Below, in pieces: positions 39,470-48,574 of a DNA stretch of 64,000 nucleotides. The stretch is from the IMG/VR virus record IMGVR_UViG_3300044648_000427; one strand, written 5' to 3'. Position numbers and translations under genes: made by a program. Position 1 is the stretch's first letter, and each line of letters opens with the position of its first letter. The stretch comes from a virus. The notes beneath the pieces are model-generated. The model made no database searches and was not told where the DNA came from. It worked only from the letters and a program-made list of their open reading frames with translations.

Positions 39470-42400
39470 ATGATTAAGGTTAAAAAACGTAATGGCAGTA
39501 TTGTTGATTTTAATAAAGATAAAATCGTGAGTGCTGTTAACAAAGCTTTGAAAGCAGCTAAAATTGAAGATAGTAAAATTGCTAAAGATGTAGCAATAAG
39601 CATTTATGAAAGCATCGATAAAGAACAGGTTTCAATTGATGAGATTCATGGAATGGTAGAAACCGAACTTATGGAAAAAGGGTTTAGCGATGCAGCAAGA
39701 TCCTACATACTTTACAGGTACAAGAAAAAGGAAAAATTTATTAAGGAGAGGCAAGAAAAAAGAAAATTACTCAATATTGAAGGACAATTAGATCCTGTTT
39801 CAGAGAAATTTTCATTAAACTCGTTGCGTGTACTCGAATCACGTTATTTGATTAAGGATGAAAATCTTAAGGTAATTGAAACTCCAACAGCGTTATTTGA
39901 ACGTATTGCTACCCATGTTGGATGTGCGAATATAATGTATGATGAGAAAGTGTTTGATAGGGAAGCTAAACATGAACCAAATACAGGTACAATAAGTGGG
40001 TTACTTACATGGAATAATGATTATTATATAAGAACTCCTGAAGAATATGAAAAAAGTGATTTACATATCGGTAAATATAGACTTAATGGATATAATTTAA
40101 AACAATTAGAACAACTTTATGGTAAATTATCTAATGAAAATAAGATGAAAGTATCTTTCGATGAAGTTTTAAGAATGGTTGCAGAAGGTGAATTTGACAA
40201 ATATGAAAAAACAATCAAATCTTATTTCGACCTTATGGTAAGCCAAAAATTTATGCCTAACACCCCAACGATCGCCAATGCAGGTAATAAACTTGGTCAA
40301 CTTTCCGCATGTTTCGTAATTGACATGAACGATAACATTGAATCTATAATGGATACAGCAAAAGATATGGCAATTATATTCAAATCCGGCGGTGGAGTAG
40401 GGATTAATTACGCTAAACTCCGTGAAGAGGGAGCAACGATTAGCACCACAAGCGGAACTTCTTCAGGGCCTTTAAGTTTTATGAACATAATCAATACAGT
40501 TACTGATACAGTTAAACAAGGTGGTAAAAGGCGTGGGGCAAATATGGGTAGTATGAATTCATCTCATCCTGATATATTAAAATTTATTCATGCCAAAGAA
40601 ACTCCGGGGATATTAGAAAACTTTAATGTATCTGTTGGTATTGATGGTAAATTTTGGGAGTGTTATAAAGAGAATAAGCCATATGAGTTGATTTCTCCAA
40701 GTAGCGGAAAGGTAAAAGCTACAGTTAATCCTCGTGATTTTATGAAAGAAATTTCTAGATCTGCATGGAATAGCAGCGAACCCGGCGTATTATTGTTTGA
40801 TAATGCAAACAAATATAACGTTATGAAGGGATTGAAAGGTGAATTAAATTCGACCAACCCTTGCGGAGAACAATATTTATATCCATATGAAAGTTGCATA
40901 GCGAAGAATACAAGAATATTAACTAAAGATGGATATAAATTTATCCAAGATATAAAACCCGGAGAAGAAATTGCAATAAATAAAAATGGTTATGCTTCAT
41001 TCTCTACGGTTAATACAATTATTAATAATGGAATAAAAAATATTTATGAAATTACTACTCATGAAGGATACACTGTTAAAGCAACAAACAATCATAAATT
41101 TTTAACCAAATCGGGGGAATGGGTTAGATTAGATGAACTCGCCGAAGAAACAGAATTAACAATCTCAGCTAAAGAACCTTATTGTTCAATCCAAACAAAT
41201 ACTGATAACTACAAAGAAGATGAAATGATAGGTTGGATTCATGGTGATGGATGGTTTACCGATAAAGTAGTAGGAATCAGTTTCAATGGTAAAGATGGTG
41301 ATTTTGATGTTAAACGACGTCTACTCCCGGTATTCCACAAAGTATTTAAAACTGAACATATTAGACCAATGTATGATAGTCCAGATAATTTCCAGCTTCA
41401 AACCGAGTCAAGCGGAGCAAAACAGATTTTAGTTGGTTTAGGTGTTAAATTCGGTAGAGCTGGACAAAGGAGGATTCCTGATTATATATGGGAAACTGAT
41501 TCAGTAAGACAAATAGCATTTTTAAGAGGATTATTTAGTGCAGATGGTTCCATTCAAAATAGATCTAATACTGCTGTACAACTTGCAAGCACTTCTAAGG
41601 AATTCTTACTTGATGTTCAATTATTATTACTACGATTTGGATTACATTCAACAATTTATACTACAGAGTTTAAAACAACAAAACGTAATCCTCAACATAA
41701 ATTGGCTTTAACCCAAGAAAATGCACGTAGATTTATGGATAGTATAGGATTTTTATCCGAACGAAAGAATTCTATGTTTAATAGAAATCCTCCAAAATAT
41801 TACAACTCCGATAAAAAGACTGTTAGAATAAAAAGTATTGTAGAATGTGGTAAAGAAGAGGTTTATGATATTGAAGTTGCTAATGAACATCAATTCATAG
41901 CCAATGGATTTGTAGTTCATAATTGTAATCTCGGATCTATAAATTTGACGAAATTCGTCAAAAATAAGCTATTTGACTTCGATTCTTTCGGTCAAGTGAT
42001 TGATATTTGTGTTGATTTTCTGGATTCCGTAATTGATGTAAATAAATATCCGGTAAATGAAATTGACAAGGAATCATGGAAAACACGAAGAATTGGTTTG
42101 GGAGTAATGGGATTAGGTGATTTACTCTTTATGCTTGAAATACCATACAATTCTGTAGAATCTTACGCTCTTCAAGAACAAATAGCTCAATTTCTTTCTT
42201 ATAGATCAATATCAAGGAGTATAAAATTAGCTAAACTGAGGGGTTCTTTTCCATATTTTGAACAGACTGAATGTAAACATGGAAAAGTTGATATTGCTGG
42301 TGTATGGGAAGGTGGAATTACTTCAAAAGCTCCAGTTGCTGATTGGCAAGAAGTTAAAGATGATATTCAGAAATATGGTTTAAGAAATGTAAATGTTGAT

Positions 42401-43177
42401 ATGGTAGCCCCAACAGGTTCAATATCTATGATTGCTGATTGTTCAAGTGGGATTGAACCAGTATTCGCTTTGGCGTTTGAGAAAAAGGTTGCGGTAGGAA
42501 ACTTTTATTATGTAAATCCATATTTGGAACTTTATCTTAAAAAGCATAATATTTTTTATGATGAAGAATTACTTAAAACTATTTCTAAATCAGGTTCATG
42601 TCAAAATGTAGATTTACCTGAAGAGGTTAAACGTATTTTTGTAACTTCAATGGATATTCATGGACTTGATCATGTAGTAGCTCAAGCAGTTTGGCAACGA
42701 TGGATGACAAATGCAGTTTCAAAAACTTGTAATTTGCCTAATAATGTAACTCCTGAAGATATTGAAAATATCTATTTATTTGCTCATGAAATGGGATTGA
42801 AGGGAATCACTATTTACCGTGATGGTAGTAGAAATACACAAGTTCTTTATACTGAAAATATGGAGAATAAACAATTAAATGCTACAGAATATTCAAGAAA
42901 TCTTTATCAACAAAAGATGATTAAAGGATTAGACGGAATGATTATGAAGGCACAAATGATAAATAAAGAAGTAACTCCTACAGTTGAAGAATTTTTTACA
43001 CAAAATAAGGAATTCAATCCAAACAATCATTCTGAATATGGTGAATCTGAACTAGAACCTTTACCCCGTTACAAAACTAGTAACATAGCAGATTGTCCTA
43101 AATGTGGTAAACGAATGGTTAAATTTGATGGATGCAAAAAATGTCCAGATCCTTCATGCGGGGAATCACTTTGTTAG
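39470..43177 (+). CDS. nrdJ: Class II (adenosylcobalamin-dependent) ribonucleotide reductase with ATP-cone, intein and C-terminal Zn ribbon
   Basis: VKKRNG ATP cone, FMPNTPT, SACF, GGGVG, RRGANM, TNPCGE, CNLGSINL, APTG, KGITIYRDGSR. No beta subunit nearby. Confidence 0.93.
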   Translation: MIKVKKRNGSIVDFNKDKIVSAVNKALKAAKIEDSKIAKDVAISIYESIDKEQVSIDEIHGMVETELMEKGFSDAARSYILYRYKKKEKFIKERQEKRKLLNIEGQLDPVSEKFSLNSLRVLESRYLIKDENLKVIETPTALFERIATHVGCANIMYDEKVFDREAKHEPNTGTISGLLTWNNDYYIRTPEEYEKSDLHIGKYRLNGYNLKQLEQLYGKLSNENKMKVSFDEVLRMVAEGEFDKYEKTIKSYFDLMVSQKFMPNTPTIANAGNKLGQLSACFVIDMNDNIESIMDTAKDMAIIFKSGGGVGINYAKLREEGATISTTSGTSSGPLSFMNIINTVTDTVKQGGKRRGANMGSMNSSHPDILKFIHAKETPGILENFNVSVGIDGKFWECYKENKPYELISPSSGKVKATVNPRDFMKEISRSAWNSSEPGVLLFDNANKYNVMKGLKGELNSTNPCGEQYLYPYESCIAKNTRILTKDGYKFIQDIKPGEEIAINKNGYASFSTVNTIINNGIKNIYEITTHEGYTVKATNNHKFLTKSGEWVRLDELAEETELTISAKEPYCSIQTNTDNYKEDEMIGWIHGDGWFTDKVVGISFNGKDGDFDVKRRLLPVFHKVFKTEHIRPMYDSPDNFQLQTESSGAKQILVGLGVKFGRAGQRRIPDYIWETDSVRQIAFLRGLFSADGSIQNRSNTAVQLASTSKEFLLDVQLLLLRFGLHSTIYTTEFKTTKRNPQHKLALTQENARRFMDSIGFLSERKNSMFNRNPPKYYNSDKKTVRIKSIVECGKEEVYDIEVANEHQFIANGFVVHNCNLGSINLTKFVKNKLFDFDSFGQVIDICVDFLDSVIDVNKYPVNEIDKESWKTRRIGLGVMGLGDLLFMLEIPYNSVESYALQEQIAQFLSYRSISRSIKLAKLRGSFPYFEQTECKHGKVDIAGVWEGGITSKAPVADWQEVKDDIQKYGLRNVNVDMVAPTGSISMIADCSSGIEPVFALAFEKKVAVGNFYYVNPYLELYLKKHNIFYDEELLKTISKSGSCQNVDLPEEVKRIFVTSMDIHGLDHVVAQAVWQRWMTNAVSKTCNLPNNVTPEDIENIYLFAHEMGLKGITIYRDGSRNTQVLYTENMENKQLNATEYSRNLYQQKMIKGLDGMIMKAQMINKEVTPTVEEFFTQNKEFNPNNHSEYGESELEPLPRYKTSNIADCPKCGKRMVKFDGCKKCPDPSCGESLC
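40895..41923 (+). mobile_element. 343-aa intein with LAGLIDADG homing endonuclease in nrdJ
   Basis: Begins CIAKNT and ends VVHN before Cys+1. Block B T.NHKF; motifs IGWIHGDG and FLRGLFSADG. Removal restores PYES-CNLGSINL. Confidence 0.93.
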
Positions 43178-43493
43178 TTCAACAACCTTGCAAAATTTGT
43201 TATCTAATTCATTCCTTTTTCATTTGTACATGTAGGTGTAAATGTCATAATGAATAAAGATCACTGTTACAAATGTAAAAGAGAAAAAACATCTTTTTGG
43301 GATAAGTTTTCAAATGTATTAACATATAAATGTTGGTGTAGGTGTCATAGTCATGTTGGATAAATACATACTTGAAGTTACAATCCAAATGCTTGAAGAT
43401 GAAATGAAAGATCCTTCCTTCGATTGCCGTATAATGCAAAGCCGCTTGAGGCGAGCAGCGGAATTGCTTATTATGCTTAAGCGGACAACATAA
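43171..43493 (+). other. Three coupled micro-ORFs (43171-43257, 43250-43363, 43353-43493); first two carry CxxC..CxCxCH
   Basis: Translated by hand; overlapping start and stop codons continue the nrdJ operon. Confidence 0.55.
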
Positions 43494-43531
43494 CAAAAAC
43501 ATTTATATATTTATTTATTCTATATATTATA

Positions 43532-43789
43532 ATGAGTATAGAACAACAAGTTTTGAAAATAACTCCAACAAGAGAACAGTTCAACAGATTCATTATTTGG
43601 CATACTGAAACATATAATCATGGTTCAAAATGGAGAGATGAAGATTTTGCAAGAAAACTCGATGTTTTTGAAAAAGAACTTGCAGAAACCGGTTCCATAA
43701 CACTAGCAGATGAATATGAAATAGAAACGTGGCAAGGTTTAGTAGAAGATAATTTTATAATAGATGAAGATTACCCAACCTTCCCATAG
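43532..43789 (+). CDS. Hypothetical acidic protein
   Basis: TTTATATA box 30 nt upstream. Confidence 0.6.
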   Translation: MSIEQQVLKITPTREQFNRFIIWHTETYNHGSKWRDEDFARKLDVFEKELAETGSITLADEYEIETWQGLVEDNFIIDEDYPTFP

Positions 43790-43852
43790 AACTAGCTCAG
43801 TTATCTTTTCCTCTGGGAAAAGATTTATATTACCTTAAGTATATAGGTCTAG

Positions 43853-43940
43853 TACCATCTATTGCCGTGCAGCGAAAGTTGGGAGAAAGTTGTTTTGAAG
43901 TGTTCAGCCAAATTTCCCCCTCAACGTTGGAGGGGGATAA
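43853..43940 (+). ncRNA. Candidate small RNA 1
   Basis: BRE/TATA GAAAAGATTTATAT at 43817-43830 with no start codon at the expected position. GAAA-capped stem 43870-43881 and 8-bp terminal stem 43915-43937. Confidence 0.45.
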
Positions 43941-43969
43941 AGTTTAAATATCCTTATGATTAATATAAA

Positions 43970-44039
43970 GTAGCGTCGTAAGGGGCCTCCGTAAAGTTGA
44001 ACTACGCCGGGAGGAAGAAATTCCTCCTATATACTTTTT
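43970..44039 (+). ncRNA. Candidate small RNA 2
   Basis: AAAGTTTAAATA promoter at 43939-43950. GC-rich body, GGAGGAA-GAAA-TTCCTCC hairpin at 44010-44027, then a T-tract. Confidence 0.5.
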
Positions 44040-44096
44040 AAGTTGTTTAAACATCCTTTATAAAGGTTTTTAAATTTACAACTGCAATTACCATTT

Positions 44097-45236
44097 ATGT
44101 TTATAACTGATCCACATTTACCAGTAAACGAGCGTATTAAACAGCTCGATATAAGGGAATCAAAGATTCTTGACGATATAAAAGGTTTGGATTTATCTCT
44201 CAGAGACACCCAAAATCGTATACAAGAAATACTTCATGACTGGTCATTAGTAATCGAAGAACAACATGTTTTAGGTTCATACATGAAACCTGTTAACACA
44301 ATTTGTAGTAGAATAATACAAATTCTGAAAGAAAATAATTTAGACGAATTAACCAAATATACATACAATTTACCTGATAGATTCAAACAATTAAAGTATC
44401 AACATGCAGGATTATTTGGAGCCGCATATAAGAACACACCATTCAAATCTGCGGATGATGTAGTTCAAAGTGAACTTGATAATTACCGAGAATTAGAAAA
44501 GGAAGAATACGTTAAGAATATGCTTTCTTCAGAACGTAAATTCCCTGTTTTTCTGCCCGCTAACACACCGCTTGACGGAATGACAAAAGATGAAATAAGA
44601 AGACGATATGAATTGATTAAGGAAGCAAAATCTAGATTACGAGAAGAAATGAGTAACCTTGAAGAATCAATAAAACTCAACAATATTGCTCTAGTTGAAG
44701 AAAAGCTTGAAGAGCATATAAGTACGGATAAACCAGAAGCAAGAGAAACGGAATTCTCTCAAGCTATAGGAAGTACAATATTTGAACTAAATAAACTTGT
44801 TTCAACACTTGAACAACTAAAAGAGAAAGTATATCAATTTCCTCCTAATGATGATGATGCTGCTCCATACACAATAGGATTTAACGAATTTATGAGTGAA
44901 TTAATTAAAGGAATAAATAGATTCATACAACCCATTAAAGACGAAAAATGGACTAACTCTTGGAGTAATTGGTTCCAAACAGCTAATCTTGAATATGATC
45001 ACGGCAAACATGCAGCAGGAAAGATGTCAGCGGCTCCTTCGCATAAAGGAATAATGCGTCCTATGACTAGAGAGATTGTAGGTGATTCTAGAGATAAAGT
45101 ATTTAATCAAGCATTGGAATTCGTAAAAATGGTTAGCATGTTTGACCAACTAACTGATTATCACGAGAAATACATACGCCCAAGAATTCTCGATCGCAAG
45201 ATTCGTCTGAGCCCAAAATTGAGTGAACAAGCTTAA
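44097..45236 (+). CDS. Hypothetical helical/coiled-coil protein
   Basis: 379-aa ORF with TATA box and T-rich terminator. Confidence 0.7.
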   Translation: MFITDPHLPVNERIKQLDIRESKILDDIKGLDLSLRDTQNRIQEILHDWSLVIEEQHVLGSYMKPVNTICSRIIQILKENNLDELTKYTYNLPDRFKQLKYQHAGLFGAAYKNTPFKSADDVVQSELDNYRELEKEEYVKNMLSSERKFPVFLPANTPLDGMTKDEIRRRYELIKEAKSRLREEMSNLEESIKLNNIALVEEKLEEHISTDKPEARETEFSQAIGSTIFELNKLVSTLEQLKEKVYQFPPNDDDAAPYTIGFNEFMSELIKGINRFIQPIKDEKWTNSWSNWFQTANLEYDHGKHAAGKMSAAPSHKGIMRPMTREIVGDSRDKVFNQALEFVKMVSMFDQLTDYHEKYIRPRILDRKIRLSPKLSEQA

Positions 45237-45293
45237 CTTAACTTTTTTTTAACCAAAAACTTTATATATTTTGATCATAGCAACCTTTATATA

Positions 45294-45476
45294 TTGACAG
45301 AAAAGTCTTATAAAATAATAAAGTATTGGTCATCGAATAATCAACCGAACAACTGTACGATTAACATACCTAAACAGTTTGTTAAAGAACATAATTTATT
45401 GAATAGCCAATTTCTAATGGTAACTTCAATTGAAAATGGTATTTTAATTCAGCCGCTAAAGGAGGTTAAAAAATGA
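45294..45476 (+). CDS. AbrB/SpoVT-like DNA-binding protein
   Basis: TINIPK.F...........ENGILIQPL. Confidence 0.65.
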   Translation: MTEKSYKIIKYWSSNNQPNNCTINIPKQFVKEHNLLNSQFLMVTSIENGILIQPLKEVKK

Positions 45477-45652
45477 GTAAAAGTGAGTACAGAATAAGTC
45501 GTTGGTGGCATACAAATAGCAGAAAAGAATCTATCACTGTTTATATTCCAAGAAAATTTGCAGATGCTCATAAAATGATGGAAAATCCCTATGTACAGAT
45601 AATAAATAGAGAAGACGGCGTACTAATTAAACCTTTGGAACCTACAAATTGA
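45473..45652 (+). CDS. AbrB/SpoVT-like DNA-binding protein, tandem paralog (not in ORF track)
   Basis: ITVYIPRKFA...EDGVLIKPL; SD GGAGG. Confidence 0.65.
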   Translation: MSKSEYRISRWWHTNSRKESITVYIPRKFADAHKMMENPYVQIINREDGVLIKPLEPTN

Positions 45653-46242
45653 AAGTCAACAAAGTTACAACAGTAGACATAAATGACGTTAAACTCGATC
45701 CTGCAAATCCGAACGTAATGGATCAGGATGAAATGGATAGATTACGTAAAAGTATGGAGACTTATGGATTCCTTACCCCGCTTGTTCTTGATCAAAACAA
45801 TATGCTTGTAGATGGTGAACATAGATTTACTGTTTTCAAAGAATATAATATTAAGGAAATTCCATGTATAAAACTAAAATTTAATTCAGAAGCGGAAAGG
45901 CGGACTTTACGTCAGGTTATGAATAAACTTTCTGGTACTCACGATATTGAAAAAGACCTCAAAGAGCTTGAAATAATCATGGAAAATGATGCTCAAATGC
46001 TTGAAGAGCTTACAGGAATCACCGAAAAAGAAATAGAAGATATGCGAGCGGAATTATCGGATGAGCCGCATTTCCAAATGCCGAAAAGCGATTTTGAGCC
46101 CGAAGAACAAGAGGAAAAACATGTATTACATATTCCTGTTTCCGATGGACTATTAAGTAAAATAAAGTTTATAATGAAGAAAAGAAATATAGATGATTAT
46201 GAGGAATTACTAGAATGGTTAACATCTCAATCAGAGGTTTAA
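45649..46242 (+). CDS. ParB/Srx-like nuclease domain protein
   Basis: NPN.M...L..S...YGF..P.V......VDGEHR. Confidence 0.85.
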   Translation: MKVNKVTTVDINDVKLDPANPNVMDQDEMDRLRKSMETYGFLTPLVLDQNNMLVDGEHRFTVFKEYNIKEIPCIKLKFNSEAERRTLRQVMNKLSGTHDIEKDLKELEIIMENDAQMLEELTGITEKEIEDMRAELSDEPHFQMPKSDFEPEEQEEKHVLHIPVSDGLLSKIKFIMKKRNIDDYEELLEWLTSQSEV

Positions 46243-46557
46243 TCTCTTTATTCTATCTACTCTAAATTCCTCACATGAATTATAATTAAATGAAATATAT
46301 TCTAAAATTTGAATAATAATTTTACAATATAATCGTAAATTTTCGCCCTTATTTAACTTACCTTTAAGGTATTTTCTTATGACGCTTGGAAACGTTGTTC
46401 GGTAATATTTTTTCAGGTCTATTTCAGGATCAAGGTAACTGGAATCGATATATGATGAGAATTTTTTTGTGAACGCTACTGGATTACCATGGTGATCTAG
46501 AATAAGTATGTCTAATTCTTCCATTCTATTCAATACTTCAGGAGCTACCACTTGCAC
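46231..46557 (-). CDS. Hypothetical protein
   Basis: TAGTT element 34 nt upstream. Confidence 0.5.
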   Translation of the reverse strand: MQVVAPEVLNRMEELDILILDHHGNPVAFTKKFSSYIDSSYLDPEIDLKKYYRTTFPSVIRKYLKGKLNKGENLRLYCKIIIQILEYISFNYNSCEEFRVDRIKRLNL

Positions 46558-46614
46558 AAGTAGAATAGAAAGTTAGAGTTTATGTAAACTACCAGAAGAG
46601 TTAAATACTTTTAC

Positions 46615-47850
46615 TTGTATTTATTCGTTATGACAAAATTAAGTCCACAAGAATTAGCTATAATTAAGGAAGCTGGGGATTCTTATATAAGTCCAAGCCG
46701 ATATAAAATGGCTGTTGTAAATGGAATAAGGCAAAAACTTGAAGAAGAAGATCCAGACTTTACCAATGCAGAAATGTCACAAATGTTCGAATTTCTTGCA
46801 TCTTATGCTACCGATAAACACGAAAGATTAATGGTTGATTCCTTAAGAGAAAAACTAAAAAGATTTAAATTTCCTCCAGATGGTGTTGAACGATAAGTTT
46901 ATTAGTTGTTTATCGTAATAAATCAGATATGTTTGATAGGTTGTTATATCTGAACGATAGTTATCCCCCAAAAAGCCAGTTTGTTGTAAGCAATTGTGTA
47001 AATATCATCAGTGAGATTTACAAAGAATTAAGAAAAAAATACAGGATTCCTCAATATGTAGACAATTACAATAGTTTTGAATCATATTTAAAAGAAAATG
47101 ATATAGAAGAAATTTACATAAAGGATTTACCGGATATATGTAAAGCTATACTTGGATATACGGTAGATAACGGGCTAAAATTACCAAATTATTTGCAACG
47201 TAGAGTACGTAAACTTCAAGACTTTTTTGATATAACTGAAGGAAGAAATTAATCTCCCTTCATGGTAAAGCTTAAATAGTAGTATTTCACTATTACTATT
47301 GGTAAAGTTTATTGGTAAATATCAAGGATGTAAGAACTAAAGTAGATCAAGGTAAATACTTGAGTCTAAAAGAAAAAAGAGAATATCTCAGATGGTGTAT
47401 AAATCAAGAAGTTGATAACAAGCAAATTATTGATCAATTTAGTAAGTATGATTTAAATATTTCACAGTTCGTTTTTATGCTGAATGATCTAAGGGCAAAT
47501 TTACGGTCTAATTGACTCATATAATTGATGAATATAAACAAAGATTTCTTCAAAATACTAATCTTTTTATAAAGCGTTTTCATATAGAAAATGATATAGA
47601 ATTTGATAATGTTATTCCTAATGGGGCTACTATGCCTTCTCATACTGAAATGAGAGATCAAGTTATATTGAATGTAGAACTTGAAGCAAGAGATGGAAGT
47701 CGTCCACTGTATGGTGAACTTGGAGATGAGACTTTTAGACTTCACCAAATGCAAACTCATATTGAACCTTTATACCCTTATGAATTAGATAGAAATAGAA
47801 TAAATAATGTGCATACTTTTAGGTTAAAATATTTTATAGTTAAAAATTAA
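46615..47850 (+). other. Four hypothetical proteins (46615-46896, 46929-47252, 47312-47515, 47512-47850)
   Basis: Co-oriented ORFs, several with TATA boxes; no recognisable motifs. Confidence 0.5.
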
Positions 47851-47856
47851 AAAAAA

Positions 47857-48075
47857 TTATTTTTGCTTTCGGGCTTTTCTCATCACAACTTCATCCCCTC
47901 GCATTTCAAATATTACTGAATCTGGATAATTCCAGTTTTCAATTATATCTTTTGGGATATAGGCTTGTGTGCCTCTTGTTGGATGATGGGTTACACTAGA
48001 TTTAAATTTTCTTGTACCCTCAGCATATTTTTTACCATTAAAAACTAAATAATCGGTCATAAAGAAGAAATGCAA
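47857..48075 (-). CDS. AbrB/SpoVT-like DNA-binding protein
   Basis: GTQAYIPKDI......DSVIFEM.GDEVVMRK. Confidence 0.6.
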   Translation of the reverse strand: MHFFFMTDYLVFNGKKYAEGTRKFKSSVTHHPTRGTQAYIPKDIIENWNYPDSVIFEMRGDEVVMRKARKQK

Positions 48076-48128
48076 TCTGTGATATTTGGGAAGTAATGTT
48101 TAAATAGAAGAGAGTTTAATATTATTTA

Positions 48129-48220
48129 GGTTCCGTCCGGCTGGCAAAAGGGTGTTAGCCTGTAAAATCCGGACTACGAGGTAGATTAGTCTTTGACTAT
48201 TCAAGCCTCAGGTTCCTCCA
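48129..48220 (+). ncRNA. Candidate structured small RNA 3
   Basis: TTTAAATA box about 30 nt upstream, GC-rich intergenic segment. G-U-containing stem 48139-48160 favours the + strand; further stems downstream. Confidence 0.5.
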
Positions 48221-48574
48221 TTAACCCCTACGAATCATAATTCCCCTTTTTGACATCACACAGTCATAAGTATGAATAAATATAAATTCATTATTCTCTT
48301 TGGGATGTGCAGTAATTTCACCATAATTACTACCAATATGACATTTATCTACTAAAATTGTCAATATAACATGCCAATTTTCTACAAGATACATCCTGAA
48401 TACATCATCAAATAATATACCTCTTGGAGCTTCATCAAGAGTTTTCATACCTTCTAAATTATCTACTAAGTCAACTTGATCTAAACCATATGGAATAGTC
48501 TCAACCACTTCTGGAACCACAAAGGAAAACCTATCATTATTTACAGAAAATTCAGTAATATAAATTGGGTTCAA
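48221..48574 (-). CDS. Hypothetical protein
   Basis: SD GGTGAGG, coupled to the upstream gene. Confidence 0.55.
   Translation of the reverse strand: MNPIYITEFSVNNDRFSFVVPEVVETIPYGLDQVDLVDNLEGMKTLDEAPRGILFDDVFRMYLVENWHVILTILVDKCHIGSNYGEITAHPKENNEFIFIHTYDCVMSKRGIMIRRG

Larger units (their letters stand above)
8723..46591. promoter_or_regulatory. Dispersed class-II promoter element TAGTT, 34-38 nt before start codons of structural-type genes
   Basis: T of TAGTT at 8723, 11340, 13273, 19742, 19975, 38182 (+) and 19718, 29758, 46591 (-). Confidence 0.6.

Noticed and set aside
43245-43502. 85-aa minus-strand ORF
   Set aside because: Better explained by three coupled plus-strand micro-ORFs with Cys motifs.
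43853-44039. Mini-CRISPR array or c-di-GMP-I riboswitch
   Set aside because: Repeats are only 7 nt with irregular spacing, and the riboswitch consensus is matched only by a GAAA stem.
48129-48220. tRNA-Tyr (CTGTAAA loop, terminal CCA)
   Set aside because: No acceptor stem, anticodon stem or canonical T-loop; kept only as an unclassified RNA.
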